64,000 nt of DNA, from assembly GCF_018350175.1 (NCBI RefSeq), contig NC_058368.1, forward strand, positions 159,900,001 to 159,964,000, written 5' to 3'. Shown piece after piece: positions 41,837 to 56,965 of this stretch (positions are counted from its first letter, which is position 1; each line of letters opens with the position of its first letter). Made by a program: the position numbers and the translations under genes. Below the pieces are notes generated by a model. The model searched no databases and was not told the DNA's origin. It worked only from the letters and a program-made list of their open reading frames with translations. This stretch comes from Felis catus. Taxonomy: Eukaryota.

Positions 41837-42019
<183 letters not shown>

Positions 42020-43254
42020 TTACCGAAGCTTAAAGGCGGCTTCTATGGTAAGAGCAAAGAAAACACTACAAAAGATCAACAGAACAAATTCAAATGTGGT
42101 CTGTATATCAAAAATTTCCTATAAATAATATTAAAAAGCAAACAAAACAGAGAAAAACATGGCAGGTTAATGGCAAAGGGTTAGTAACAGCCCTAATATT
42201 TTTTTAAAACATTCTCATAAATCAGCAGGAAAATACAAGATTGTCCTTTGGAAAAAATATGAGAAAAATTATCAACAAGCAATTAATCAAATAACATAAA
42301 TACAGAATTATAGAACCTCACTGCTAATTTTTTCAAATGAGAATTAAAGTAACTATTTATTTATAACATCTATTATTTAACAGAAACATCAAAACATACT
42401 TTCTATAAGTCTTTGGAGTCTTTCCACAGTCACAGTGCATATTCTGAACCCCTAATATGTTGAAGCTAATTCAAAGTCAAGCTTGGTATACAGTTCTCAC
42501 TCATTCTACCCTCCTTTCATACTTTGACAAGATGTAATATAATGCTATGCTTCCCATGTACTATAAAAGGAGATCGTTTTGGGGTTGGCAGAAATAATCA
42601 CTAATAACAAACTGTATAGGGGCACTTTCAAACCAAACACACATTATTTGGCTCCATTTCTGCCTGGGATGTAGAGAGTTGATAGGATGCTCCCATCCTA
42701 ACAATAAACCTCATCTCCAAAGCCTAACTTCTTTTATACGCATCAAAACCACAAGAGAATCTAGTAGTCTAAAACATACAGAAATACAGTAGATGATACT
42801 TGAACACTGGCTTTCCTGTGAAAAGCACGAGTCGTAGACACCAAATAATATATAAGCAGGTAAAGGGAAGTTAGCTAAAATTGGCTAAAGGCCGCATTTG
42901 GGTGACCATGACAGCACAGGATTCCTGGAAACCGAAGACATGGTTTTGTTTGTTTGCTTGTTTGTTTTTTTTAATTTTCCACCTTTTATCTCCATCTGTA
43001 TCATCCATTTGAAAAGAATGACAGAAAAGATTCCCACCCACCCAAACTGGACGGCTGTTCAAGCTTTGTACAGAACAGAACCTGTACTCCCTCTCAGGCA
43101 CTCCTCCACAAAACTTCCAACAGGTGCTCAGAAGAAAGACTGGAATCAGAGCACAGGAGATCAGAAAAGAACTTTCCTTCCTGAAGATGGCCTGGAGAAA
43201 GGGAGCTAGTCATCTACTGCACTGAGGGCACAGAAGAACTAATACAGTTGCAGG

Positions 43255-43345
43255 AAAAGAAAAAGGAAAAGGAAAAGGAAAAGGAAAAGGAAAAGGAAAA
43301 GGAAAAGGAAAAGGAAAAGGAAAAGAAAAAAAGAAAAAAAAAAAA
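43255..43345. repeat. (GAAAAG)n hexamer microsatellite / polypurine tract
   Basis: About 10 perfect units followed by an A-rich run. Confidence 0.95.
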
Positions 43346-43619
43346 ACTCTATCCCCGGGGGAAAGACAGCAGAATAATGACTAGGCAATTCCCTCAATGC
43401 CTAAGACTCAAAATTTAAGGAGGCACCAAAAGATTCCGTAATCAACAATAATAATCTTGTTACACGATATCCAAAAAAACAAAAGTTAATGCAAAGAAAA
43501 AAATTTAGTATTAAACCTTTTTCCTTTTCCTGTAGGATCTGATACAGCCTAGCGAATCACTTTTACCATTATTCAAAAATCTACAGTCTTCACTTGGGTC
43601 ATAAACAGTAAATATTTAA

Positions 43620-44405
43620 AAATTCAAAACACACAAATCAAATCAAGGTATGTTCTATGACAATGACAGAATTCATTAACAAAGATACTGAGAATACCTC
43701 CCAAGTACTTGGAAATTAAACAACACCCTTCATAACAACAAAAAAGCACAAAACAAACCAACAAAAACAACACCAAAGAGGAAGTTATACAGCAAATTAG
43801 AAAATATTCTGAAATGAATGAAAATGAAAACATAACAGGTATCAAAAATTTACAAGATTCAGAAGAGGTAGTTAAGAGTGGGAAAATTATAGCATTAAAT
43901 GCTAGTAATACTAGAAAAGGGAGGTCTTGATTCAATTGTTGCGTGTATCTTAAGACACTAAAAAACAAATTAAAGCAAAGTGGAAGAAATATGAAAGAGC
44001 AGAAATAAATGAATTTAAAACAGAAAGATCAATGAAACCTGGGATGATTTTTTGGAAGATATTATGAGTAATTTTATGCCTAGAAATTCAACAACTTAGA
44101 TAAAATGGACAATTTCTTTGAAAGAAACTACCAAACTCACTCACTCAAGAAATATTCTGCATAGTTGTTTATAAAAGGAATTAAGAGTTAAAAATTTTAA
44201 CAAAGAAAACTCCAAGCCTAGATGGTTTCCCTGACAAATAGTGCCAAACATTTAGTGAAGAATACCAATGCTATACAAACTCTTCTCAAAACCAGAAGAG
44301 GAGAGAATACCTTCCAACTCATTTTATAAGGCAAAAATTATCAAATCAGATGAAAACACTTACAAAAGAAGAAAAGGATGGACCAGTATGCCTTATTAAC
44401 AAAAC
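43620..44405 (+). mobile_element. Ancient L1 ORF2 fragment (post-endonuclease/Z region)
   Basis: gaaatgaatgaaaatgaaaacataac; ccaagcctagatggtttccctg (GPDGF-like). Confidence 0.65.
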
Positions 44406-44459
44406 CAGATCAGCCCAGGTATGACTACTCTTACATCAACAGACATATATTTTAGATTA

Positions 44460-44678
<219 letters not shown>

Positions 44679-45777
44679 TTAAAGAAGAACTCATCCTTAA
44701 ATTACATTTTACATTTCAGAGAAGAGGAAGTGACATGCCAAAACAAGACAATAAAACTTAAATATCCTCAGGATAATGAATATGACTATGGACTGAACCA
44801 AAATTGCCTGCTAAACTAAGTTCTTTATTAGTTCTTTATTACTTATGATTTCTTTATTAGGTCGAAGTAGATCAAACCAAAAGACTTGTAAGAAATGTCT
44901 TCCATGAATGATTCTCTTTTGTCCTGCTGCTCAACAAAATTAGTTAACAGAACAATAACAAAATAATGTATAGTAACATGCTAATCATCTTCTGCAGAAA
45001 ATACCACACCAATGCATTAATTACAAAGTGCTGTAGACAATACAATATTCTTATTTTTAGGATCATAATAAATAGTACAAAGAGCTAACAAAACACAAAA
45101 GAGCTCTGAGTCCATAAACTTACTTAGGTTCCTAGTTTCTTCATCTCTTAAAAAAAAGGATAAAAAGAGCTCACAAACTTTGTGAAGATTAAATGAGAGA
45201 ATACATTTAAGGAACTATGAAGACTGGTACACAGAAAGCACTCATTAAAGCTAACTGCCAACAGTGGAACATTAAAACTTACAGAAGCTAGATGAAAGAA
45301 CCTATGCTCACCCTGTGTAAGGAATAACACTGCACAAATAGCGTTCATTTCTCATGTCTATTATTTAAGTGTGATGAAAATCCTAAAGCGAGCAGTATAT
45401 CAACTCACTGGTGTAAAAATAATCTGTATTTACTTTGGTTAGCTTATCAGTGACATTTTTTTCAGACTGCCAGTTAGTCAAATTAAAACCAAATAGTATA
45501 ACTTAATGTAGAGTTCATCACACCAGAATGAGTACTGGTTCCAGAAACGTTTATTTCTCAAGATTAAAGAATAGTCTTCTAACTTATCACCTTGCTTTTA
45601 ATTCTTGTTCCATTATAGTATATCCTCCACACTGCAGCCAGAGTGATTCACTAAAATTAAAGAAGTTTTTATGCATTGCTACGTCCCTGGTGCATGGCAC
45701 ACTACAGGTGCTCAATAAATAACTGGTGAATGAACAAATGACACAAACTGGACTGCTCCTTAAAACCTCCAGTTTGT

Positions 45778-46035
45778 GGGGGTGCCTGTGTGGTTCAGTC
45801 AGTTGAGCGTCTGACTTTGGCTCAGGTCATGATCTCATGGTCCATGGGATCAAGCCTCACATCAGGGTCTGTGCTGACAGCTCAGAGCCTGGAGCCTGCT
45901 ACGGATTCTGTCTCTCTCTCTCTCTGACCCTGCCCTGCTTGCTGCTCTCTCTCTCAAAAATAAACACACACACACACAAAAGAAATTAAAACAAACAAAC
46001 AAACAAAAAAACAAAAAAAACCCTCCCCATTTGAA
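45778..46035 (+). mobile_element. Can-SINE
   Basis: Head and tail; degenerate TSD aaaacYtcMaKtttgt. Confidence 0.9.
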
Positions 46036-46454
46036 AAACTTCAATTTGTTGAAAATGGCTATGGAGGAACTACCAGGAGTATTTATAAGTACTAACAGGA
46101 GCTCATTGCTGACTTGGACTGATTAACTTGGATTTTCTTAGTTGTGATAATCCTTAATTTAATCTAATGTCAAAAACTGCAGAACTACTCCAACAAACAG
46201 TAGCTAAAAGCCTTTGGTCACAGAAATCTAAATTTAGAGATACCCCGTTCCCTCATTTGCCCAAATATTTGAAGACATGCTATTTGCCAAGCATTTTTTT
46301 ACATGCTAATTAGGAAATAACTGCCCTCCTCATTCCACTAAATGTATCTATTCATATACAATTTGGTCCTTTCCACATCAAGCTGCTACTGCTTTGTCAG
46401 TGTAAGGGAGAAAAGTTTTCATACACCATACCAAATTTTAAAACAAAAATGCTA

Positions 46455-46673
<219 letters not shown>

Positions 46674-46754
46674 TTAGAAAGAAATCTTTATTAAGTATAC
46701 TTTAATATATTTTAAAGTAAATACACCTTATGCTTATAATTTAAAGAAATGTCA

Positions 46755-46916
<162 letters not shown>

Positions 46917-47259
46917 TTAACAATTTAACATTTATGTTGCACTTTTATTAATTATTGACACAGTCAATTCTATGGAAGTTATACGACAGAGTTAGGTGAA
47001 ATATTTTTAGTTTACTTATTTTAAAAGTAAAGTACTTGCAACCTGGAAATTAAAGGAATTTCTCCCAAGACTTAACAAAATTTGAGTGATAAAAACCAGT
47101 AATGAATGTGTGCCTTTGACTAGAAATTACTCCAATGCTTTAAAAAATCACAATACTAAACATAGTACTTCAAAGATCTGCTTATAGCATGTAATATTTC
47201 AGGAAAATGAGTACAGTACGATTATAAAATGACTTTTTAAAAATATATTAAGGTAACTA

Positions 47260-47505
<246 letters not shown>

Positions 47506-48388
47506 CTATGTGAAATTTTCACTAGTCAAAATAAAAATTAAAAAATATATAACAATATATATAAAAGCTAAATTTCTTCAATTTAAAAAGTATTTTATGG
47601 TTGTGTACTTCTTGCATTTTGAACAGATTTTATTTGCTTTTCATTTTTTTAAAGGGATAACAGTAATTTTTATCTTTTAGCTGAGAAGGAAAAAAAGTGG
47701 TAAATTTATAACAATTTCTACCTGTTTCCTTAATTCTAATTAATGTTTCAATATTCCACATAGTTCAAAATTCTATGAACCATACCCCAGGTTAATGATG
47801 AAATCCTGCCATAAAACGAAGACTTCCAAAATACACAAAAATTGATGTGCAGTAATTTGCCCTATTTCTCAAGGTTAGCAGTTCTATATCAAATAGCACC
47901 CAAAGGGATATTTTCAAAATTTATAGGAACATTGTAGCTTTTGCAATGATTAGGTGGGCTTACGAGTACTTAAGAGCACAGTGACCTGGGACACCAGACC
48001 CTCTGCACTAAACTGTACCTTCAGACACAAAGAAAAACTATCTTGAGTCTTTTCTTTCAAATGATTTTTCGAAACTTTTAAAATTATCTTGAGTCTCAAT
48101 TCACCCTCTATTTTAATGTAAATAAGAGTTTAAATGAACATTATAGTTTTTTTCAGCACTGCAACTATTGCATGAATCAGCAGATAACTAGATACTGTTT
48201 TATTTGGATCTCTGCCAAAGTTATCATCTCCAAATGTGTATAGTATTGGTGTCACAAATAAAGCTCACCTGTATTGCTCATCTATACTCATTTTGTAGTT
48301 CTTGCATGGAAATACTTAACAAGAAATATGAAACACCTGTGTCAGATTTAGAACCAAATACTAGTAAAAAAAAAAAAGAGCAGGTACA

Positions 48389-48663
48389 TGCATATGATTT
48401 CACTCATATGTGGAATTTAAAAACCAAAACAATGATCATTGAGGAAAAAAAGAGAGAAACAAACAAACAGACTCTTAACTACAGAGCATAAAGTCATGAT
48501 TACCAGAGGGGAAAGGGGTGGGGAGATGGGTTAAATAGGTGATGGGTACTAAGCAGTGCACTTGTGATCAGCACTGGGTGCTGTATGGAAGTGGTGAAGC
48601 ACACTATATTATACACCTGAAACTAATAATACAATGTATGTTAATTGGAATTTACATAAAAAC
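48389..48663 (+). mobile_element. Carnivore L1 3'-end fragment
   Basis: L1 3'UTR motifs; perfect 17-bp TSD aaaaaagagcaggtaca at 48372 and 48664. Confidence 0.85.
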
Positions 48664-49335
48664 AAAAAAGAGCAGGTACAAAAGCACAGGAATCTTACCA
48701 TAGTGCATCAATAAAGAAAGAATTAAAAACATCTCAAAATCATTAATAAAAATGTATTTATATATTCATTTATATTTTAAATGTTATTAAATAATGTATT
48801 AAACAAATGTACAATAATTAATGTATTAAATCATATTTTAAAACATTCATATTTATATCACATTTGTTTTTATGCAGTTTTGTAACGTAATGGTTAGAAA
48901 TACATGTCACCATTATTTTGCCATCTTATTCAGATATTCTTCCCAGAGGTCTACCACACAACTTTCTACAGTATCTTGCCTAACTGGTTCTTCTAATACC
49001 CTCTATTTTCTATCACCTATCAGAAAATATGGTGGCCTTTAAATAGTCTTTAAGTGGTTGTTTGAGAAGTATAAACAGAATGCGAGTTCAGCCATGGTCG
49101 AGGATTTTGATATAGGAGGTATCTGCTATTTAGTGCAATTAATCACTATTCCCCATCTCATTCATAAAAGAGGTCTATTTTGAGTATTCACATCTACATT
49201 AGGCCCAGCTCACTTGTGAAATTATCTTATTTTCTCACCATCTCCTCTATGACAATCTGTAATTTATATTGTCATGTTATTCCTACTTCAAGTTTCCCTC
49301 TCTTTATAACGTGCAGATAAATTATTAGTATGTAG

Positions 49336-52300
49336 AATCCAGGCCTTCCTAAAGAAGGAAGAAAGGTCTCAGATACACAACCTAATCTTACACCTCAAAG
49401 AGCTGGAAAAAGAACAGCCAATAAAACCCAAAACCAGCAGAAGATGGGAAATAATGAAGATTAGAGCAGAAATCAATGCTATCGAAACCAAAAAACAAAC
49501 AAACACATTAGAACAGATCCAATGAAACCAGAAGCTGGTTCTTTGAAAGAATTAACGAAATTGATAAACCCCTAGCCAGTATGATCACAAAGAAAAAGGA
49601 AAGGACCCAAATAAATAAAATCAAGAATGGAAAGAGAGATCACAACCAACACAGCAGAAATACAAACAATAAGAGAGTATTATGAGCAATTATACGCCAA
49701 TAAAATGGACAATCTGGATGAAATGGACAAATTCCTAGAAACATAAAAACTACCAAAACTGAAAAGGGAAGAAATAGAAAATTTGAACAGACCCATAACC
49801 AGTAAAGAAATCCAATTAGTAATCAAAAAACTCCCCCCAAAAAACAAGAGTACAGGGCCAGATGGCTTCCCAGGGGAATTCTACCAAACATTTAAGGAAG
49901 AGTTAACACCTACTCTCTTGAAGCTGTTCCAAAAAATAGAAATGGAAGGAAAACTTCCAAGATCTTTCTATGAAGCCAGCATTACCCTGATTCTAAAACC
50001 ACACAAAGACCCCACTAAGAAGGAGAAATATAGACCAATTTCCCTGATGAACATGGATGCAAAAATCCTCAACAAGAAATTGGCCAACTGGATCTAACAG
50101 TACATTAAAAAAATTATTCACCACAATCAAGTGGGATTTATACCTGGGATGCAGGGCTGGTTCAATATCCACAAAACAATCAATGTGATTCATCACATCA
50201 ATAGAAGAAAGAACAAGAACCACATGATCCTCTCAACAGATGGAGAGAAAGCATTTGACAAAATACAACACTCTTTCTTGATAAAAACCCTCAAGAGAGT
50301 AGCAATAGAAGGATCCTATCTCAAAATCATAAAAGGCATATATGAAAGACCCAACACTAATATCATCCTCAAGAGGGAAAAACTGAGAGCTTTCCCCCTA
50401 AGGTCAAGAACAAGACAGGGATGTCCACTCTCACCACTGTTATTCAGCATAGTACTGGAAGTCTTAGCCTCAGCAATCAGACAACACAAAGAAATAAAAG
50501 GCATCCGAATCGTCCAGGAGGAGGTCAAACTTTCACTCTTGGCAGATGACATGACACTCTATATGGAAACCTCAAAAGATTCCACCAAAAAAACTGCTAG
50601 AACTGATCCATGAATTCAGGAGAGCTGAAGGATGTAAAAATCAATGCACAGAAATCGGTTGCATTCCCATACACCAATAATGAAACACCAGAAAGAGAAA
50701 TCAAGGAATTAATCCCATTTACAATTCCAACAAAACCCATAAAATACCTAGGAATAAACCGAACCAAAGAGGTGAAAAATCTATATACTGAAAACTATAG
50801 AAAGCCTATGAAAGAAATTGAAGAAGACACAAAAACCTGGAGAAATATTCCATGCTCCTGGGTAGGAAGAACAAATATTGTTAAAATGTCAATACTACCC
50901 AAGGCAATCTACATATTCAATGCAACCCCTATCAAAATAACACCAGCATTCTTCACAGAGGTAGAAAACAATCCTAAAATTTGTATGCAACCAGAAAAGA
51001 CCCTGAATGGCCAAAGCAATCTTGAAAAAGAAAACCAAAGCAGGAGGCATCACAATCCTGGACTTCAAGCTGTATTACAAAGCTGTTATCATCAAGACAG
51101 TACAGTACTATAACAAAAACAGACACTCCAATCAAAGGACAGAATAGAGAACCCAGAAATGGATCTACAAACGTATGGCCAACTAATCTTTGACAAAGCA
51201 GAAAGAATAACCAATGGAATAAAGACGGTCTCTTCACAAGTGGCACTGGGAAAACTGGACAGCGAAATGCAGAAAAATGAACCTGGACCACTTTCCTACA
51301 CCACACACAAAAATAAACTCAAAATGGATGAAAGACCTAAATGTAAGACAGGGAGTCATGAATATCCTCGAGGAGAAAGCAGGCAAAAACCTTTGACCTT
51401 GGCCGCAGCAACTTCTTACTCAACACGTCTCCAGGGGCAAGGGAAACAAAAGTAAAAATGAACTACTGGAACCTCATCAAAATAAGAAGCTCTGCACAGC
51501 AAAGGAAACAATCAGCAAAACTAAAAGGCAACCAATGGAATAGGGAAAAGATATTTGCAAACGACATACCAGATAAAGGGTTGGTATCCAAAATCTATAT
51601 AAAGAACTTATCAAACTCAACACCCAAAAAACAAATAATCCAGTGACGAAATGGGCAAAAGACATGAACAGACACTTCTTCAAAGAAAACATCCAGATGG
51701 CCAAATGACACATGAAAAAATGCTCCACATCACTCATCATCAGGGAAATACAAATCAAAACCACAATGAGATACTATCTCACACCTGTCAGAATGGCTAA
51801 CATTAACAACTCAGGCAACAATAGATGCTGGCGAGGATGCGGAGAGAGGATCTCTTTTGCACTGCTGGCGGGAATGTAAACTGGTGCAGCCACTCTGGAC
51901 AACAATATGGAGGTTCCTCAAAAAATTAAAAATAGAACTACCATGACCCACCAATTGCACTACTAGGTATTTATCCAAGGGATACAGGTATGCTGTTTTG
52001 AAGAGGCACATGCACCCCAATGTTTATAGCAGCACTATCAACAATAGCCAAAGTAGGGAAAGAGCCCAAATGTCCACTGATGGATGAATGGATAAAGAAG
52101 ATGTGGTATATATACACAATGCGGTGTTACTCGGCAATCAAAAAGAATGAAATCTTGCCATTTGTAACTACATGGATGGAACCAGAGGGTATTATGCTAA
52201 GCAAAATGAGTCAAAGACAAATATATGACTTCATCTGAGGACTTTAAGATACAAAACAGATGAACATAAGGGAAGGGAAGCAAAAATATATAAGAATAGG

Positions 52301-52498
52301 GAGGGGTACAAAACATAAGAGACTCTTAAATACGGAGAACAAACAGAGGGTTACTGCAGGGGTGTGGGGGGGGGGTAGGCTAAAAGGGTAACAGGTAGTA
52401 AGGAATCTGCTCCTGAAATCATTGTTGCACTGTAAGCTAACTAACTTGGATATAAATTTTAAAAATAAATTAAATAAATAAAAAATAAATTAATAAAA
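49336..52498 (+). mobile_element. 5'-truncated felid/carnivore L1 (ORF2 RT and C-terminal region, 3'UTR, A-rich tail), antisense to CHD1
   Basis: ORF pieces [50 protein letters not shown]; broken by stops and frameshifts; G-rich 3'UTR. Confidence 0.95.
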
Positions 52499-53365
52499 GT
52501 GTAAAAAATATATAGATATATATATTTAAAAAGAACTCTGTTTTTTTTTTAAACCTAAATTGGTGTTAGGGCATTAAAATTACCTTCCAAATTAATGTGT
52601 CCAATTCAAGGAAGAGGGGCTGCTAAAAAGAGTTGTTGTAAAGAGGGGTCACTGGATCCGATGATGTTAAGGACTACTACTCTAAATACAAGATTTCACT
52701 TAAGGGTGCACAACATTGTTCCAGAGTATTAAAACATTACAGAAAGAAGTGTACTATATTCCCAATGAAATAGTTTTATGAGAATTATTTGGGTAAAATA
52801 TTTTAGTTTAAAATGATGGATACATTTTTAAATAGAAAATATGAAATTTTTAAAGGGTAATATAAATGTGTAAAGTCCTTCTGTGCTACTCGTTCATATC
52901 TTCTGCATTAAAAAAGTTTGAGAAGCACTGCCCTAGATGGTGGTAAATCAATTAAAATACAACAAACACATCAGAATGATGACAGATGGTTTTTCTCAAG
53001 GCCTATTACTGAGAGCAATACAAAAACTACAAATTTAGAATGGCTTGTTTGCATAAAGAATTTTATAGGCAAATGGATAAAATACAGGCTAACAAAAAGG
53101 TAGTAATATACTAAGCAAAATCTCTTTCAATAGTTAAAATTAAGTAAATACATTTTAAGGTTTATGTATTGAACGAAAAACACTGTACTCTACAGTTGTA
53201 AACACTGACTAAAAGAGAGGGCATGATCCTATTTTGGCATAGTTACCTCAATTCTGTCAAACCTTACAGGTGATTTTGGTAAATCTGAGTTCCTTAGTAT
53301 TTTACATGTTAAAGAGCAACATGACTGTGTTCCAATGAGGTTTCCAGGAGAATAAACCAAAATCA

Positions 53366-53668
<303 letters not shown>

Positions 53669-54026
53669 TTAAAAGTATTTTACCAATAAAACCGAAAGTT
53701 TTAAAAATACTAATAAAATACAAAAACCTCTAGCAAAATCAATCAACAGGATTCCAAAATACAAATATACATGGAAATAATGAACACCAAATCTACAATG
53801 AATTTTAAATGAAAATGGGATAATTTATTTAGAAGCAAATTAACTGTTCTATGCTGAAACAGTATTGATAAGGGCAAAATTCTCCAGATTAACATAAAAT
53901 ACTGATTTTAAAACCTCATTTAGAAAGTAAAACTAGCTAATAAGACTTTTTTTAAAAAAACAATAATGACAAAAATAATTTACTAAAATTATGACTAAAA
54001 TTATTTAGTTTTAAAAGCATTCATAC

Positions 54027-54098
54027 CTCTGATCCTTCAGCATTAAAATGATCTAGTGCTTGTTTTCTCAGCTCCCCTTTTATTGATCCATCTAATCT
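54027..54098 (-). CDS. CHD1: CHD1 exon (72 nt): RLDGSIKGELRKQALDHFNAEGSE
   Basis: ttttag|AGA; GAG|gtatga. Confidence 0.96.
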
Positions 54099-54529
54099 CT
54101 AAAATAAAACACATTAAAATACTTCACATAACAGAATCAAATATTTAAAAAGGTATTAAAATCAATTATGAAGTTAAGTATGAAAATGCGGCATTACTTT
54201 CGTTAAGACTATAAGAGTAGAAGGTACTTATTAGTCAAGAAAACAATGCCCAAGCATTCTGTCTATAGAGTCTGTGCTCTTAACCGTTAGGACTATTCTC
54301 CCAGATAATAACAGTAAATAGCATTGGCTATCATTGTGTCTGAGTCTCACTGTAAGAAATATATTTTACATGTGAATGAGTACACAACTGTACATCCAAA
54401 ACAAGTTACATGACACATGTATCATGATATGGCCTCATATATTAAAATTTCATTTTTTCAAAATGTTGGTACAACCCATTAAATTGATTCCCAGATCCAT
54501 TAACAGGTTACAGTCCACAGTTTTAAAAA

Positions 54530-54705
54530 CAGTGGTGAAGTCCAGTGTTGTTAGTGGACCAACAACATCGTTGTCACCTGAGAACTCAGAAATGCAAATT
54601 TTTGAGCCCCATCCCAGATCTACTGAATCTACTGAAATCAGAAACTCTGAGAAAAGAGGTACAGCAAAGCCCCTGATTAAAGTTTCAAAGTCAATGATTT
54701 GAGTC
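54530..54705. mobile_element. MER5A-like hAT MITE
   Basis: agaaatgcaaattt...ccccatcccagatctactgaatc...gaaactctg. Confidence 0.6.
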
Positions 54706-54936
54706 AAAAAGCCCGCATCTGAGTATCTTCAATATCCATGGGTGCCTTGGGCAAGCGATCTGACTTCTCATCTTGTCAGTTTCTTTCTTAGGTAGTGAAC
54801 ATAATAGTACTTTCTTCATAAAATTCAGAGGATTCAGTGAGAGAACAAAGTAAAACACTTACCACAGTGTCTGGCATATATACATTGAGTGCTTACTAAA
54901 CATTAGCTGATGTCCAAAATTAAAAAAAAACTTTTA

Positions 54937-55333
54937 GGGTGCCTGGGGGCTCAGTTGGGCTCAGATAGTAATCCTGCAGTTCTGAGATCCAGCCGCCCCT
55001 ATCCCCTGAATGGGCTCCACGTAGAGTGGAGTCTGCTTAGGATTCTCTCTCCTTCTCTTTGTCCCTCCCCAGTTCTCACTCTCTCTCTCTCAAAATAAAT
55101 AAATAAACATTTTTTAAAAATTTAAATGTATGGGGCGCCTGGGTGGCTTGGTCAGTTGAGTGTCCGACTTCAGCTCAGGTCATGATCTCACACTCCGTGA
55201 GTTCGAGCCCCGTGTCGGGCTCTGTGCTGACAGCTCAGAGCCTGGAGCCTGTTTCAGATTCTGTGTCTCCCTCTCTCTGTGACCCTCCCCCGTTCATGCT
55301 CTTTCTGTCTCAAAAATAAATAAAAACGTTTCA

Positions 55334-55380
<47 letters not shown>

Positions 55381-55675
55381 AAATTTAAATGTGTTACTGG
55401 TTTCATTTTCACTAAAAATTACTATTAGTAAAAACTTCTTAAAAACAGTGGCATATCAGGGCACCAGGGAGGGTGGCTCGGTCGGTTACGCATCCAACCC
55501 TTCATTTAGGCTCAAGTCATGATCTCATGATTAATGACTTTGAGTCCCACATGAGGCTCTGTGCTGACAGCATGGAGCCTGCCTCGGATTCTCTCCCTCT
55601 CTCTGCCCCTCTGCTGCTCACTCTCTCTCTTTCAAAATAAATAAATTTAAAAAAACAAACAGAACAAAAAAAGAA
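54937..55675 (+). mobile_element. Three tandem Can-SINEs (54937-55110, 55132-55378 with (TAAA)n tail, 55459-55675)
   Basis: Three heads and tails; TSD aaaaatttaaatgt for the middle copy. Confidence 0.9.
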
Positions 55676-56524
55676 AACCCAGTGTATATCATTTATTAAG
55701 GCATGATCTAAACTAAAAGAATGTTAAAAATAATTTTCTCTGGGAAATAATACTGGAATGAGAAGGGAGTAGGGGCAGAGAACTAATTACCAGCACTTGT
55801 TTACTATTTGTTTTGTTTGACCATGTAGACACAATAATTTGTCTAAAAACAAACCAACACAGGATTGGGGTAAGGTAGAGGGGTGGAATGGAAACAGGGT
55901 GATAGTTATAGGGTACTGTTTCTTTTTGAGGTCATAAAAACATTCTAAAATTTATTGTGTTGATGGCTGCCCAACTCTGTGAATATATTAAAAATCACTG
56001 AATTGTACACTTTAAATGGATGAATTAATTGCATGGAATGGAAACCACATCTCAATAAAGATGTTAAAATCAAACAATAGTACTTTTTCTATATTTTTCC
56101 CTAGCCTAAATGACCATATATTTCTCAATCACGTTCATATCACCAAAGACCCGTCCCTCAAATGATGTCTGTTGAGATTCATCATTATAATTTTACTTCT
56201 ATTTTATTGCCTGCACTAACATTCATCATTTACTAGCTATGTGAATGTTCACTATGTTCTAGGCACTGTTCAAGAAAGGATTAAATAAGGATTAAATAAA
56301 TTATTAGAAAAGTACTGAAACTAGCACCTGACTCTAACATTAAACACTCATTCATACTAGCTTTAATTACACTGAATTGATTTCAACATAAACACTGAAT
56401 AGATGGAATATAAGCTCATTTTGGTCTTTAATACCTTCCCTAAAGTCATCTAAAAGTTTTATTCAGTAAACTATACATTAGAATAATTATAGAACATTAT
56501 TCTTCAGAATCTGTAACAGTCCTG

Positions 56525-56850
56525 ATATTGGCTGACACACAGCAGGCACTGAAGAAAAAGTCGTTGAGGGAACAGCATAGGTTTTTTTTTTGCGTCTCGC
56601 ATCCATGAAATACACCCAGATCAACACTAAACCATCCTGCACACCTAGAAAACTGATTTAAGGATTAACACAACAATCTGCACAACCTGAACTACAGAAC
56701 TCAGCAGGTACACGGCAGGGAGAGGTGAACTGGGGGGGAGAGAAGCTGCAGAGGGCAGGGAGCTGTTTTTGCTTGCAGAGAAAGGAGGGAGACAGGGGTC
56801 GGGGGGGGGGGGTGAGCACAGGAAAAGCACACCCTCCCCTTCACCGCAAA
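56525..56850 (+). mobile_element. Isolated felid L1 5'UTR fragment (about 56568-56850) with a short leader, flanked by a 19-bp duplication
   Basis: Resembles recalled cat L1 5' end (gaacagcat...aacactaaaccatcctgcacacctagaaaactgat...acaacctgaac); direct repeats at 56506-56524 and 56851-56869 (17/19 identical). Confidence 0.7.
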
Positions 56851-56965
56851 AGAATCTGCAGCAGTCCTGGTAACATTCACAAAGGCTGCTCTCTCTCCCT
56901 TCCTCAAAATAAAGCCTAACTCATAAGGCTGCCCATTTACATTTGAGCATAGAAGAGAAATACAA

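Noticed and set aside
49783..52238. Reverse-transcriptase ORFs as a functional or novel RT system
   Set aside because: Ordinary L1 ORF2: 5'-truncated (no endonuclease), with stops and frameshifts.
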